64,000 nt of DNA from a virus. A model generated the notes under the pieces. The model did not search any database, was not told the DNA's origin, and saw nothing but the letters and a program-made list of their open reading frames with translations. A program made the translations under genes and the position numbers. Every line of letters starts with the position of its first letter. Position 1 is the stretch's first letter. Below, piece after piece: positions 54,032 through 63,410 of this stretch. The stretch lies in IMG/VR virus record IMGVR_UViG_3300037520_000900, positions 1-64,000 of that record, one strand, 5' to 3'.

Positions 54032-55537
54032 ATGATAACAATAATATATTCAACACATAAAGATAAAGAATACAATGATAAATTTAACGACCATCTTGTA
54101 TTAACTTCTGGTCTCCAAGGGGTTCAAATTTTACCTTATGAAAACCACAACCAATACTCATTGGCTGAAGTTTACAATCGTGGAATATCAGAATCAAAAT
54201 ATAATATTGTTGTTTGTTGTCATAACGATATTAAATTAGAAAAAAATTGGGGTAAAAAACTTTTAGAAGATTTTAATAAAAACCATGAGTTTGGTATAAT
54301 TGGCAAGGCCGGATCTTGTTATTTTCCTGAGTCTGGTGTTTATTGGGAAAGGTTACAACAAACAATGGTTGGCCAGGTTTATCATCACCCGAACAATCAA
54401 AAAAAGTTTCTAAGTAAATACTCACCTAAATTACCATTCTTAATTCCTGTTGTTACAGTGGATGGTCTTTTTATTTCATTTGATAAGACAAAAATTAAAC
54501 ATAGATTTGATGAATCTTACGGTAAGTTTCACTTTTACGATCATGGGTTTGCGGTGCCAAATTACTTAGATGGAGTTAAATTAGGTGTGACTTCATCTTT
54601 TGAAATAACACATCAATCAATCGGGCAACCTAATCAAGAATTTTGGGAAAGCAAAGAAAAGTTTGTTGAAAAGTGGGGTAGTAAACTACCTTTAGACTTA
54701 AAACCTAATTTTGTTTATGCCCCTGAGATAAAGACAAAAAAATTTAAAAAATTAGGTAGGGTTGCAATAATAATACCAACAAAAGGAAATGTTAAAATAT
54801 TAATGGATTGTATTGACTCATTTTACGAACACTGTGATAATGAGGTGTTTGATATTTTTATAGCAGATACGGGATCAACAAATGAAGAAAAAGACGAAAT
54901 AAAACTAAAAATAAAAGAAAGAAAAAACATTAATTTTATTGAGTATGATTATTATAATTTTGCTAAAATAAATAACGATGTTGTAAAAAATTATTTAGAC
55001 GATAAGTATGAATTTATACTTTTTTGTAATAATGACATTAAAATATTGAATGATGTTATTACAGGGTTCTTAGATGTTTTTGAAAAAAATAAAAAAACAG
55101 GGACAGTAGGGGGTAGATTACATTATGCAGACAACACCATACAACATGATGGTATTTTTATGGCAATAATAAAAAAATCATTAGAAGTTGGTCACATTAA
55201 TTTAAAAAATTATTATAACCATAACATTGGTGTTGTAAATGTTTTTGGAAACACGGGCGGTTTATTAATGATAAGAAAAAAATTATTTGAAAATGTTGGA
55301 TTTTTTAATGAAAATTATATATCTTGTTTTGAGGATGTGGAACTAAATTTAGAATGTAATTATTTAGGGTTTGAAAATTATGAAAATTCTAATTGTGTTG
55401 CATACCATTATGAATCATTGTCTAGAGATTTGGACACTGATAAATTAAAAAAATTACAATTTGATTATATAAACTCATTAGTACCTACAGTACAAAAAAG
55501 ATGGGAAAAAATAAAAAATAAAATATTAATAATGTAA
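54032..55537 (+). CDS. Two-domain GT2-family glycosyltransferase
   Basis: N domain YNRG..CCHNDI..VDGLF..FHFYD; C domain IIIPT..DTGS..NFAKINN..NNDI..FEDVEL..HYES. Confidence 0.88.
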   Translation: MITIIYSTHKDKEYNDKFNDHLVLTSGLQGVQILPYENHNQYSLAEVYNRGISESKYNIVVCCHNDIKLEKNWGKKLLEDFNKNHEFGIIGKAGSCYFPESGVYWERLQQTMVGQVYHHPNNQKKFLSKYSPKLPFLIPVVTVDGLFISFDKTKIKHRFDESYGKFHFYDHGFAVPNYLDGVKLGVTSSFEITHQSIGQPNQEFWESKEKFVEKWGSKLPLDLKPNFVYAPEIKTKKFKKLGRVAIIIPTKGNVKILMDCIDSFYEHCDNEVFDIFIADTGSTNEEKDEIKLKIKERKNINFIEYDYYNFAKINNDVVKNYLDDKYEFILFCNNDIKILNDVITGFLDVFEKNKKTGTVGGRLHYADNTIQHDGIFMAIIKKSLEVGHINLKNYYNHNIGVVNVFGNTGGLLMIRKKLFENVGFFNENYISCFEDVELNLECNYLGFENYENSNCVAYHYESLSRDLDTDKLKKLQFDYINSLVPTVQKRWEKIKNKILIM

Positions 55538-55539
55538 AT

Positions 55540-56172
55540 ATGTTTAATGTTATTACTCCACTAGCAAGATTTAATAATCTAAATGATTTAACCAAACATT
55601 TATCAAACAAAGGTATAAGATGGCATGTTATTACCGATAGCGACTCAAATCAAAATTTAGAAATAGAAAATGAATGGACTAAACATTATATTTGTCCTAA
55701 TGAAGGACAAACTTTTTGGGAAAGATGTAATTTTTCAATTAATTGGTTTATTGAAAATCAAGAAATAAATGATGATGAATATTATTGTATTTTAAATGAC
55801 GACGATGGGTATGAAAATGACTTTTTTAATAAAATTAAAAAATATATCTATGAAAGTGAATCCCAAAAAAGACCCAACGATCTTATTATATGTTCAATGT
55901 TAAGGGGACATAATACACCAATGGACGCAATACCTGTAAGGAGGCACCCCACAAATACTTTATTTGCTAGACCAGATCTAATGACAGTTGGTAATGTTGG
56001 TGTTGAACAGTTTATTGTTAAAGGAAAAATACTAAAAAATCACAGGTTACCATTAACAACTTGTGGTGATGGTGAGCTTATAACATTATTAGTAAAACTA
56101 TATGACACACTTTATTTACCTGAAGTTTATGTTTGGTTTAACTACTTTGAACCGGGTAGATGGAATAAATAA
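55540..56172 (+). CDS. GT2-like glycosyltransferase
   Basis: FNVITP start, ILNDDD motif, CGDG. Confidence 0.6.
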   Translation: MFNVITPLARFNNLNDLTKHLSNKGIRWHVITDSDSNQNLEIENEWTKHYICPNEGQTFWERCNFSINWFIENQEINDDEYYCILNDDDGYENDFFNKIKKYIYESESQKRPNDLIICSMLRGHNTPMDAIPVRRHPTNTLFARPDLMTVGNVGVEQFIVKGKILKNHRLPLTTCGDGELITLLVKLYDTLYLPEVYVWFNYFEPGRWNK

Positions 56173-56188
56173 AATTAATTAAATTTAT

Positions 56189-56443
56189 ATGGAAACAATC
56201 GGTAACTTAATTGATAAATTAACTGTAACTAATATTCGTATATGGATGGCCGAGGATATTAAAAGAAAAAACGATGCAACGGATTTTGAGATTGCAAATG
56301 CAACAAAGATTACGAATGTTGCAAATCAACAAAGAAATGACCTTATACAAGAAATTGATGAGTTGATTAATTATTTGGTTGAAAATAAAAAATCTCAAAA
56401 ACTTTACAAACAAGGATCAAATAAAATGTACGGAAAGCAATAA
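56189..56443 (+). CDS. Small helical protein, DUF4254-like
   Basis: ETIGNLIDKLTV..IRIW..ED..R...QRNDLIQEID. Confidence 0.55.
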   Translation: METIGNLIDKLTVTNIRIWMAEDIKRKNDATDFEIANATKITNVANQQRNDLIQEIDELINYLVENKKSQKLYKQGSNKMYGKQ

Positions 56444-56444
56444 A

Positions 56445-57395
56445 ATGAAAATTTTAATTACGGGACCACTAGGACAAGATGGTAAAATTTTAACTAAAAT
56501 ATTAGAAAATAAACACGAATTAATTGGTGTATGTAGATTAAACGTACCCCACCAAAAAGTAATTGACCATAACAAGCATTTTAAAATTGAGTTGTGTATG
56601 TCGGACTTAACTGATATTGGGTATGTTGAGCAATTAATAAAATCAGTTAAACCTGAAATAATAATTAATTTTGCTGGTGAAACGAACGTAATAGACCCTT
56701 GGTCTAATGTGTATGAAACCTTTAATCAAAATTTTAAAATTGTTTTTAATTTTTTAGAATCAATAAAAAAAGTAAATAGGGACATATTTTTTTTTCAATC
56801 GTCATCATCTTTAATGTTTGGTAAATCTAAAGAACGTATAATAAATGAAAAAAGTTACTTTTCACCTCTTTACCCTTATGGGGTTTCTAAGTTAACATCT
56901 CATAATTTATTAGATGAATATAGATTTAAATATAATATTAAATGTTGCTCTGGTATTTTTTTTAATCACGATTCTTTTTACAGAAATGAAAAATTTATAA
57001 CAAAAAAAATATCAACACATATTTGTGACATATTAATGGGATCAAAAAAAAAATTAAACTTGTATAATCTTAATTTTTATAGAGATTTAAGTCATGCAGA
57101 AGACTTTATGAAGGCAGTTGAAATAATAATAGAAAAAAAACTAAATGAAAATTTTGTTTTTAGTAGTGGTAATGAGGTTAATTTTTTAGACTTATCTAAA
57201 AAATTTTTTTATAAACACAATCTTGATTTTATGGAATTTGTAGAATACACTGAGGATAAAAAAGATACTGAGTTTCAATATAATATTATTGGGGACAGTA
57301 CCAAATTAAAATCTTTTGGGTGGTCCCCAAAATATAATACAGATGATTTAATAAATGATATGGTAATTAAAGAAATAAAATATAGAAACAGATGA
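56445..57395 (+). CDS. Divergent GMD-family NDP-sugar SDR, probable 4-keto reductase (start moved to ATG 56445)
   Basis: ITGPLGQDG, YGVSK, FNHDS, RDLSHAEDF; SSL replaces the SSE of GMD. Confidence 0.75.
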   Translation: MKILITGPLGQDGKILTKILENKHELIGVCRLNVPHQKVIDHNKHFKIELCMSDLTDIGYVEQLIKSVKPEIIINFAGETNVIDPWSNVYETFNQNFKIVFNFLESIKKVNRDIFFFQSSSSLMFGKSKERIINEKSYFSPLYPYGVSKLTSHNLLDEYRFKYNIKCCSGIFFNHDSFYRNEKFITKKISTHICDILMGSKKKLNLYNLNFYRDLSHAEDFMKAVEIIIEKKLNENFVFSSGNEVNFLDLSKKFFYKHNLDFMEFVEYTEDKKDTEFQYNIIGDSTKLKSFGWSPKYNTDDLINDMVIKEIKYRNR

Positions 57396-58327
57396 GTGTA
57401 ATTTTTATAAATCATGTAAAATCACAGTGTGGTGTTTATGAAATTGGTAAAAGAATTTTCGATTTAATAGATAAAAAAACTTTACCTGTTAAATATTTTG
57501 AAACCTCAGTAAATGGTCTTAATGAATACCTTAAAATAATAGAGACAGAAAAACCTGATTTTATTTTATATAACTATTTTTCGGTTACACTACCGTATTT
57601 AAATAAATCACTATTTAAAATGTTTCCTAATATAAAACACATTGGGATAATTCACGATCCCCTAACCCCTCAAATGATTGATTTTTATAACAATACTTTT
57701 GACTGTTGGGTAATTCATGATCAAACAAATAAATCAATTAGTAATAATAAATTTACAACTGTTAGACCTATAAGAAGATTTGAAAAATTAGAAAAAAAAC
57801 CTAATGGTACATTACAAATAGGTTCACACGGTTTTAGCGTATCACCGTGGAAGATGTTTGATAAAATTATAGATTTAATTAATCATGAATTTGATGAAGT
57901 TGTAATAAATATGAATATAACTCAAGCAACTTTTGGTGGTTACGAAGACCCTAAAAGATTTGACAATTGGAGAAAATTAATAACCAAAAAAAATGTTCAT
58001 TTAAATATTACAAATACGTATTATGAAACGGAGAATGAACTAATAAATTACTTATCAAAAAATGATTTAAATGTTTATTTTTACAACCCCCCACACGAAT
58101 TTGTTGGTGTTGGTGGTAGCGCAGATTTAGCAGTTAGTTCCCAATCCAGTCTGGTTGTTAACAACACATATATGTATAGACATTTTCATGATTATTTAGG
58201 ATTTTTTGAACAAAAAAATAATTTAACGTCATTTTTAGATAACAAAAAAGAAGTAAAAAAATTGTACGATTTATGGTCACCTGAAAAAATGACACAAGAT
58301 TATAAAAATATGATAGAATCATTATGA
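57392..58327 (+). CDS. Putative GT-B glycosyltransferase
   Basis: CGVYE, IGSHGF, GSADLAVS; paralogous to the next gene. Confidence 0.55.
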   Translation: MSVIFINHVKSQCGVYEIGKRIFDLIDKKTLPVKYFETSVNGLNEYLKIIETEKPDFILYNYFSVTLPYLNKSLFKMFPNIKHIGIIHDPLTPQMIDFYNNTFDCWVIHDQTNKSISNNKFTTVRPIRRFEKLEKKPNGTLQIGSHGFSVSPWKMFDKIIDLINHEFDEVVINMNITQATFGGYEDPKRFDNWRKLITKKNVHLNITNTYYETENELINYLSKNDLNVYFYNPPHEFVGVGGSADLAVSSQSSLVVNNTYMYRHFHDYLGFFEQKNNLTSFLDNKKEVKKLYDLWSPEKMTQDYKNMIESL

Positions 58328-59232
58328 AAAATGTTTTATTAGTTAATAGAAAGACAACTAATTGTGGTGTACACCAATACGGTTTAAACATATTTGAATC
58401 TTTAGAAAAAAGTAATAAAAATAAATATTTTTATTTAGAAACTAATGATTCAGAAACACTAATTAATTTTTTAAATAACAACAAAATAGATGTAATAATC
58501 TTTAATTACATAATTTGGGTTATGGGGTGGATTACAAATGACTTAATTAGTTCTTTATTTTTAAACTATAAAATTTACTTTATTTATCACGATGGGGACA
58601 TACCCAATTTCCCATACAATGGAATACTTTATAATGACCCAACTAAAAATGTTAATAATATAAATGAATTTCTAATAGATAGATGTCTTTTTGAATTTGA
58701 GTCAAATGAAAAAATAAATTTAGATAAAACCATAATATCCTCTTTTGGTTTTGGGTTTCCAGACAAAGGATTTCAAAAAATAATAAACAGAATAAATGAG
58801 GAATTTTCAGGGGCAATAATAAGACTACATATGCCAAATGCAAACGTAGATCCATTTAATAATTTAAAAAACCAAACTTTAGATTTATGTAATAAAGAAG
58901 TTAAATCAAAAAATGAAATTATAATTACTAACAACTATATGAGTAATTTAGAACTTCTTAATTGGTTAAGCGAAAGTACAATAAATTGTTTTTTCTATGA
59001 CAATAAAAGTTCAAAAGGAATTTCTTCTGTTATTGATTATGCTCTTTCTGTTAATGTACCAATTGCTGTTACTGACTGCGATATGATGAGGCATATAATT
59101 TCAGACAAAATTTCTATTGAAAAAAATAAAATTTCAGATATAATTAATTATGGTTGTACACATCTTGAAGAATATAAAAAAAATTGGTCTAATAAAAATT
59201 TTAGAGATAAATTAGACTATATAATAAATTAA
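58324..59232 (+). CDS. Putative GT-B glycosyltransferase (paralog)
   Basis: CGVHQYG, SFGFGFPDKGF, GISSVIDYALSVNVPIAVT. Confidence 0.6.
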   Translation: MKNVLLVNRKTTNCGVHQYGLNIFESLEKSNKNKYFYLETNDSETLINFLNNNKIDVIIFNYIIWVMGWITNDLISSLFLNYKIYFIYHDGDIPNFPYNGILYNDPTKNVNNINEFLIDRCLFEFESNEKINLDKTIISSFGFGFPDKGFQKIINRINEEFSGAIIRLHMPNANVDPFNNLKNQTLDLCNKEVKSKNEIIITNNYMSNLELLNWLSESTINCFFYDNKSSKGISSVIDYALSVNVPIAVTDCDMMRHIISDKISIEKNKISDIINYGCTHLEEYKKNWSNKNFRDKLDYIIN

Positions 59233-59245
59233 ATAAAAAAAAAAT

Positions 59246-60466
59246 ATGCAAGAACTTTTTACACTTGGTGATCTTTATGTTTCCGACTTTTTAAATGAAA
59301 ATGATAAACCTAGAGGTGGTAAGGTCGATTTAAAACTTATGTTAGAACACGAGACAGGATCGGTAAGACTCGATCAATGTGCCCCTTTAGACACTATGTA
59401 CGGAAAGTACTGGTATAGATCAGGAATTAACAACACAATGAAAAAAGAACTTAATGGTATTGTTACTTCTATATTGGAAAATTATAAATTACAAGATTCT
59501 GATTTATGGATTGATATCGCATGTAATGACGGTACTTTATTAAGTAATTTACCAAAAACATTAACTAGAGTTGGGATAGATCCTGTTGACGACTCATTTA
59601 AATCGGAATCGGAAAAACACGCAAATTTAATAATTCAAGACTATTTTAGTTCAGACGTTTTTAAGAAATCTAAATATGGTGAGTTAAAGGCTAAAGTTAT
59701 TACGACAATCGCTATGTTTTATGATTTAGATAAACCAAAAGATTTTATTAACGATGTTTATGACGTGTTGGATGATAACGGTGTTTGGGTGTTACAAATG
59801 TCATACACACCGTTAATGATTGAGCAAATGGCATTTGATAATATCTGTCACGAACACGTATATTATTATTCATTATTTAATATTAAAAAAATCTTTAACG
59901 AATGTGGTTTTGACATTATTGATACACAATTAAATGATGTTAATGGGGGTTCTTTTAGGATTTATTGTATGAAAAAAACCTCCGATAAAACTAAATTTGG
60001 AACGCAACCATATAGAGATGTTTGTAAGTTTAGAGTTGAGTCTCTTCTTGAATATGAAAAGAGTTTAAGGTTGGATTCGCCGATTACATGGTTTAATTTT
60101 TTTAAAAACATTAATGAACTAAAAGAAAAAACGGTTTCTTTTATTAAAGAAGAAAAAAATAAAGGTAAGAAAATATGGGCTTATGGTGCGTCAACAAAAG
60201 GGAATACGTTGTTACAGTATTTTGGTTTAGACAACACTTTAATTGATGGTATCGCAGAAAGAAGTCCTTATAAATTTGGTTTAAAAACAGTTGGTACAAA
60301 TATCCCTATTTTTTCTGAAGAAGAAATGAGAAAAGAAAACCCTGATTACTTGTTGGTGTTACCTTGGCATTTTATAAATGAGTTTGTTGAACGTGAATCC
60401 GAATTTTTAAAGTCTGGTGGTAAATTTATTGTTCCGTGTCCTAAATTTGAAATCATTGGTAAATGA
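59246..60466 (+). CDS. NDP-hexose 3-C-methyltransferase (TcaB9/KijD1-type)
   Basis: Y.YRSG, IDIACNDGTLL, FDNICHEHVYYYS, NGGSFR, YGASTKGNTLL, PDYLLVLPWHF. Confidence 0.88.
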   Translation: MQELFTLGDLYVSDFLNENDKPRGGKVDLKLMLEHETGSVRLDQCAPLDTMYGKYWYRSGINNTMKKELNGIVTSILENYKLQDSDLWIDIACNDGTLLSNLPKTLTRVGIDPVDDSFKSESEKHANLIIQDYFSSDVFKKSKYGELKAKVITTIAMFYDLDKPKDFINDVYDVLDDNGVWVLQMSYTPLMIEQMAFDNICHEHVYYYSLFNIKKIFNECGFDIIDTQLNDVNGGSFRIYCMKKTSDKTKFGTQPYRDVCKFRVESLLEYEKSLRLDSPITWFNFFKNINELKEKTVSFIKEEKNKGKKIWAYGASTKGNTLLQYFGLDNTLIDGIAERSPYKFGLKTVGTNIPIFSEEEMRKENPDYLLVLPWHFINEFVERESEFLKSGGKFIVPCPKFEIIGK

Positions 60467-61095
60467 AGTATTACGCAGAATTTGATACAGATAAAATATT
60501 AAGAGAAACTTTTTTTCCTGATTTTAACTATAAAGGTATTATTGTTGAAGTTGGTGGTGGTACTCCGGATTTTCTTTCTATGTCCAAACACTTTAAAGAT
60601 ACCGGTTGGAGGGCTATAATTATAGAACCTAACCCTAAATTTGTTGAGGATCATAAAAAACATAATAATGAGGTATATCAGTATGCATGCTCTTATGAAA
60701 ATAGAATCGGGGAATTTACAATTGTCCAACAAAACGTAGAAGCCTATGGCGGTAAAGTCACTGACCATTCTTTTTCATCTATTTCATTAAAAGAAGAATA
60801 TTTGAAAGAAACAAACGTTAACCCAAATAGTTTAAATATAAAAAAAATATCTGTTGAAATTAAAAGGCTTGATGATATTTTGAGTGATATTGGTGTTAAG
60901 GATATTGACATATTATCTATAGACGTTGAAGGTTGGGAATTAGAGGTTATGATGGGTATAGATTTAAATAAAATAAACTGTAATATAATAGTTGTAGAAA
61001 ATTTTTTAAATGATAAAAAGTACAACGAATATTTTGAAAGTTTGGGGTATAAATTAACCCGTCAAATAAAATACAACCAAATTTATACAAAATAA
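60463..61095 (+). CDS. FkbM-family methyltransferase
   Basis: VEVGGG, IEPNP, LSIDVEGWELEV. Confidence 0.85.
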   Translation: MKYYAEFDTDKILRETFFPDFNYKGIIVEVGGGTPDFLSMSKHFKDTGWRAIIIEPNPKFVEDHKKHNNEVYQYACSYENRIGEFTIVQQNVEAYGGKVTDHSFSSISLKEEYLKETNVNPNSLNIKKISVEIKRLDDILSDIGVKDIDILSIDVEGWELEVMMGIDLNKINCNIIVVENFLNDKKYNEYFESLGYKLTRQIKYNQIYTK

Positions 61096-61097
61096 AA

Positions 61098-61697
61098 ATG
61101 TACTACTCTCAATCAAATCAAGACAAATGGGTCAATGAGTTTTATAATAATAAAAAAGATGGGTTTTTTGTTGAAGTTGGCGCCTTTGATGGTATACAAA
61201 CAAGTAATACCTACTTTTTTGAAAAAACTTTAGGGTGGGGTGGCGTATGTATAGAGGCCAATCCTGAAATTTTTAAAAGATTATCTCAAAACCGTAGGTC
61301 AATAAATTTAAATTATGCAATTTCAGATCACGAAGGTGAGTGTTTTTTTTCCACAGATAGAATTTCAGAAAATGGGTATAGAGTGAATTGTTCAAGACTA
61401 GACGTGCTATTGAAAAGTGTTAATTGCCCAAGAATAATAGATTATATGTCTATAGATATTGAAGGTCATGAATATATAGCACTTAATAATTTTAATTTTA
61501 GTGATTTTCAAGTTAACCTTATGACGGTAGAACATAATCTTTATTCGGAAGGATCTAAAATGAAAGATGAAATTTATCATCTTTTAACTGATAATGGATT
61601 TACAAGAGTTTTAGAAGATGTTGTTTGTTTAGACACTAATCCATTATACTTTAATAAACCATACGAAGATTGGTACATAAATAACATATTACTTTAA
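61098..61697 (+). CDS. FkbM-family methyltransferase
   Basis: YSQ..QD, FVEVGAFDG..SNT, IEANP, MSIDIEGHE, VEHN. Confidence 0.88.
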   Translation: MYYSQSNQDKWVNEFYNNKKDGFFVEVGAFDGIQTSNTYFFEKTLGWGGVCIEANPEIFKRLSQNRRSINLNYAISDHEGECFFSTDRISENGYRVNCSRLDVLLKSVNCPRIIDYMSIDIEGHEYIALNNFNFSDFQVNLMTVEHNLYSEGSKMKDEIYHLLTDNGFTRVLEDVVCLDTNPLYFNKPYEDWYINNILL

Positions 61698-61700
61698 AAA

Positions 61701-62672
61701 ATGAAAAAAGCAATAATAACGGGAATAAATGGTCAAGACGGCTCATATTTGGCGGAGTTTCTTTTAGAAAAAGGTTATGATGTTCATGGTGTGATGAAAC
61801 GTAATTCTGTTTCTGAAACACAAGCAATAAGAGTAGAACACATAACCGATAAAATAACATTACATTATGGTGATATTACAGATTTATCCTCATTAATACG
61901 TATTATAGGTGAAGTACAACCAAATGAAATTTACAATTTAGCAGCACAATCTCACGTTAGAATTTCTTTTGACGAACCAATTTATACATCACAAGCCACA
62001 GGTGTTGGGGCATTGAATGTTATTGAATCCGTTAGACTTTTAAAACTCGATTGTAAAATTTATCAAGCATCGTCTTCAGAAATGTTTGGTAATAATATAG
62101 ATAATGATGGATTTCAGAGAGAATCAACTAGAATGGTGCCTGTATCCCCATACGGAATTTCAAAGTTATTTGCACATAATATGGGTATAAACTATAGAAA
62201 TTCGTATAATATGTTTATTAGTAATGGTATTTTATTTAATCACGAATCACCTAGAAGGGGTACAAATTTTGTAACAAACAAAGTTTGTAAGGAGGCAGTA
62301 AAAATAAAATTAGGTTTAACTGATAAAATAAAATTAGGCAATTTAAAGGCGACTAGAGATTGGGGACACGCTAAAGATTACGTTGAGGCCATGTGGTTAA
62401 TACTACAACAAGAAACCCCCAACGATTACGTATGTTCAACAGGAATATCTCATTCAGTTGAAGATCTTGTGATTTATGTTTTTAACAAATTAGGGTTAGA
62501 TTGGAAAAAATACGTTAATACAGATTCAAAATACCTAAGACCTGAAGAATTAAATGATTTAAAAGGAGATTCCACTAAATTAAGAGAATTGACAGGATGG
62601 AAACCAAAATACACTTTTGAGTCTATGTTAGATGAAATGATTGAATATTGGTTAAATTATTATAAAAAATAG
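61701..62672 (+). CDS. gmd: GDP-mannose 4,6-dehydratase
   Basis: GINGQDGSYLAE, NLAAQSHV, YQASSSEMFG, SPYGISK, NHESPRRG, RDWGHAKDYV. Confidence 0.95.
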   Translation: MKKAIITGINGQDGSYLAEFLLEKGYDVHGVMKRNSVSETQAIRVEHITDKITLHYGDITDLSSLIRIIGEVQPNEIYNLAAQSHVRISFDEPIYTSQATGVGALNVIESVRLLKLDCKIYQASSSEMFGNNIDNDGFQRESTRMVPVSPYGISKLFAHNMGINYRNSYNMFISNGILFNHESPRRGTNFVTNKVCKEAVKIKLGLTDKIKLGNLKATRDWGHAKDYVEAMWLILQQETPNDYVCSTGISHSVEDLVIYVFNKLGLDWKKYVNTDSKYLRPEELNDLKGDSTKLRELTGWKPKYTFESMLDEMIEYWLNYYKK

Positions 62673-62675
62673 AAT

Positions 62676-63410
62676 ATGACAAGAAAAAAACAACAACCAC
62701 AAACCGAAGAACAGGATTCAAAACCCTTTTCAAAAAAAGACTTTATAAATTCAGTAGTCAAGAAAAAAGTAAAAAATAAATTTCTAACAGAAAATCAAGA
62801 ACATTATTATAATCTTTTAAGAAACAATCAAATAACAATTTGTTCGGGACCTGCGGGTGTTGGTAAATCATATATCGCAATGAAAGCGGCGGTTGATTTA
62901 TTAATGGACCCAACTAACCATTATGAAAAACTGGTTATTGTTAGACCGGCAGTAGAGGCTGAAGAAAAATTAGGATCACTCCCTGGTAACTTAGAAGAAA
63001 AATTAGACCCTTACATTTTCCCGTCTTATTACTTATTAAATAAAATTATTGGAAAAGAGGCAAGAGAGAAATTAAAAGATGCTGAAATTATTGAAGTATT
63101 CGCATTAGCATACATGAGAGGAATGAATATAGATAACACGATTTTAATATTTGAAGAAGCACAAAACTCAAGTCCAAATCAAATGAAATTACTATTGACA
63201 AGGATAGGGTTTAATAGTAAATTCTTTATATCAGGAGACATTGAACAAACTGACCGTTATAGAGACAAAAAACAATCAGGTCTGTATGACGCAATTAAAA
63301 AGTTTAATGATGTTCACGATATTGGCGTGTTTGAGTTTGGTGATGGGGATGTGGTAAGAAACCCACTTATAAGTAAGTTATTAAAAAAGTATGAAGAGAA
63401 TAGGGATTGA
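62676..63410 (+). CDS. phoH: PhoH-like ATPase
   Basis: GPAGVGKS, VRPAVE, LGSLPG, YMRG, EEAQN, LTRIG, GDIEQTD, VRNP. Confidence 0.93.
   Translation: MTRKKQQPQTEEQDSKPFSKKDFINSVVKKKVKNKFLTENQEHYYNLLRNNQITICSGPAGVGKSYIAMKAAVDLLMDPTNHYEKLVIVRPAVEAEEKLGSLPGNLEEKLDPYIFPSYYLLNKIIGKEAREKLKDAEIIEVFALAYMRGMNIDNTILIFEEAQNSSPNQMKLLLTRIGFNSKFFISGDIEQTDRYRDKKQSGLYDAIKKFNDVHDIGVFEFGDGDVVRNPLISKLLKKYEENRD

Noticed and set aside
53107-56444. Track starts at 53107 (GTG) and 56379 (TTG)
   Set aside because: They overlap upstream genes; in-frame ATGs at 53155 and 56445 follow the previous stops and match domain starts
3108-61860. Many short antisense or alternate-frame ORFs in the track (e.g. 3947-4180, 8605-8994, 21670-22221, 26292-26666, 41766-42254, 49621-49947, 60744-61025)
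   Set aside because: Nested in well-supported genes, with shadow-like composition and no motifs
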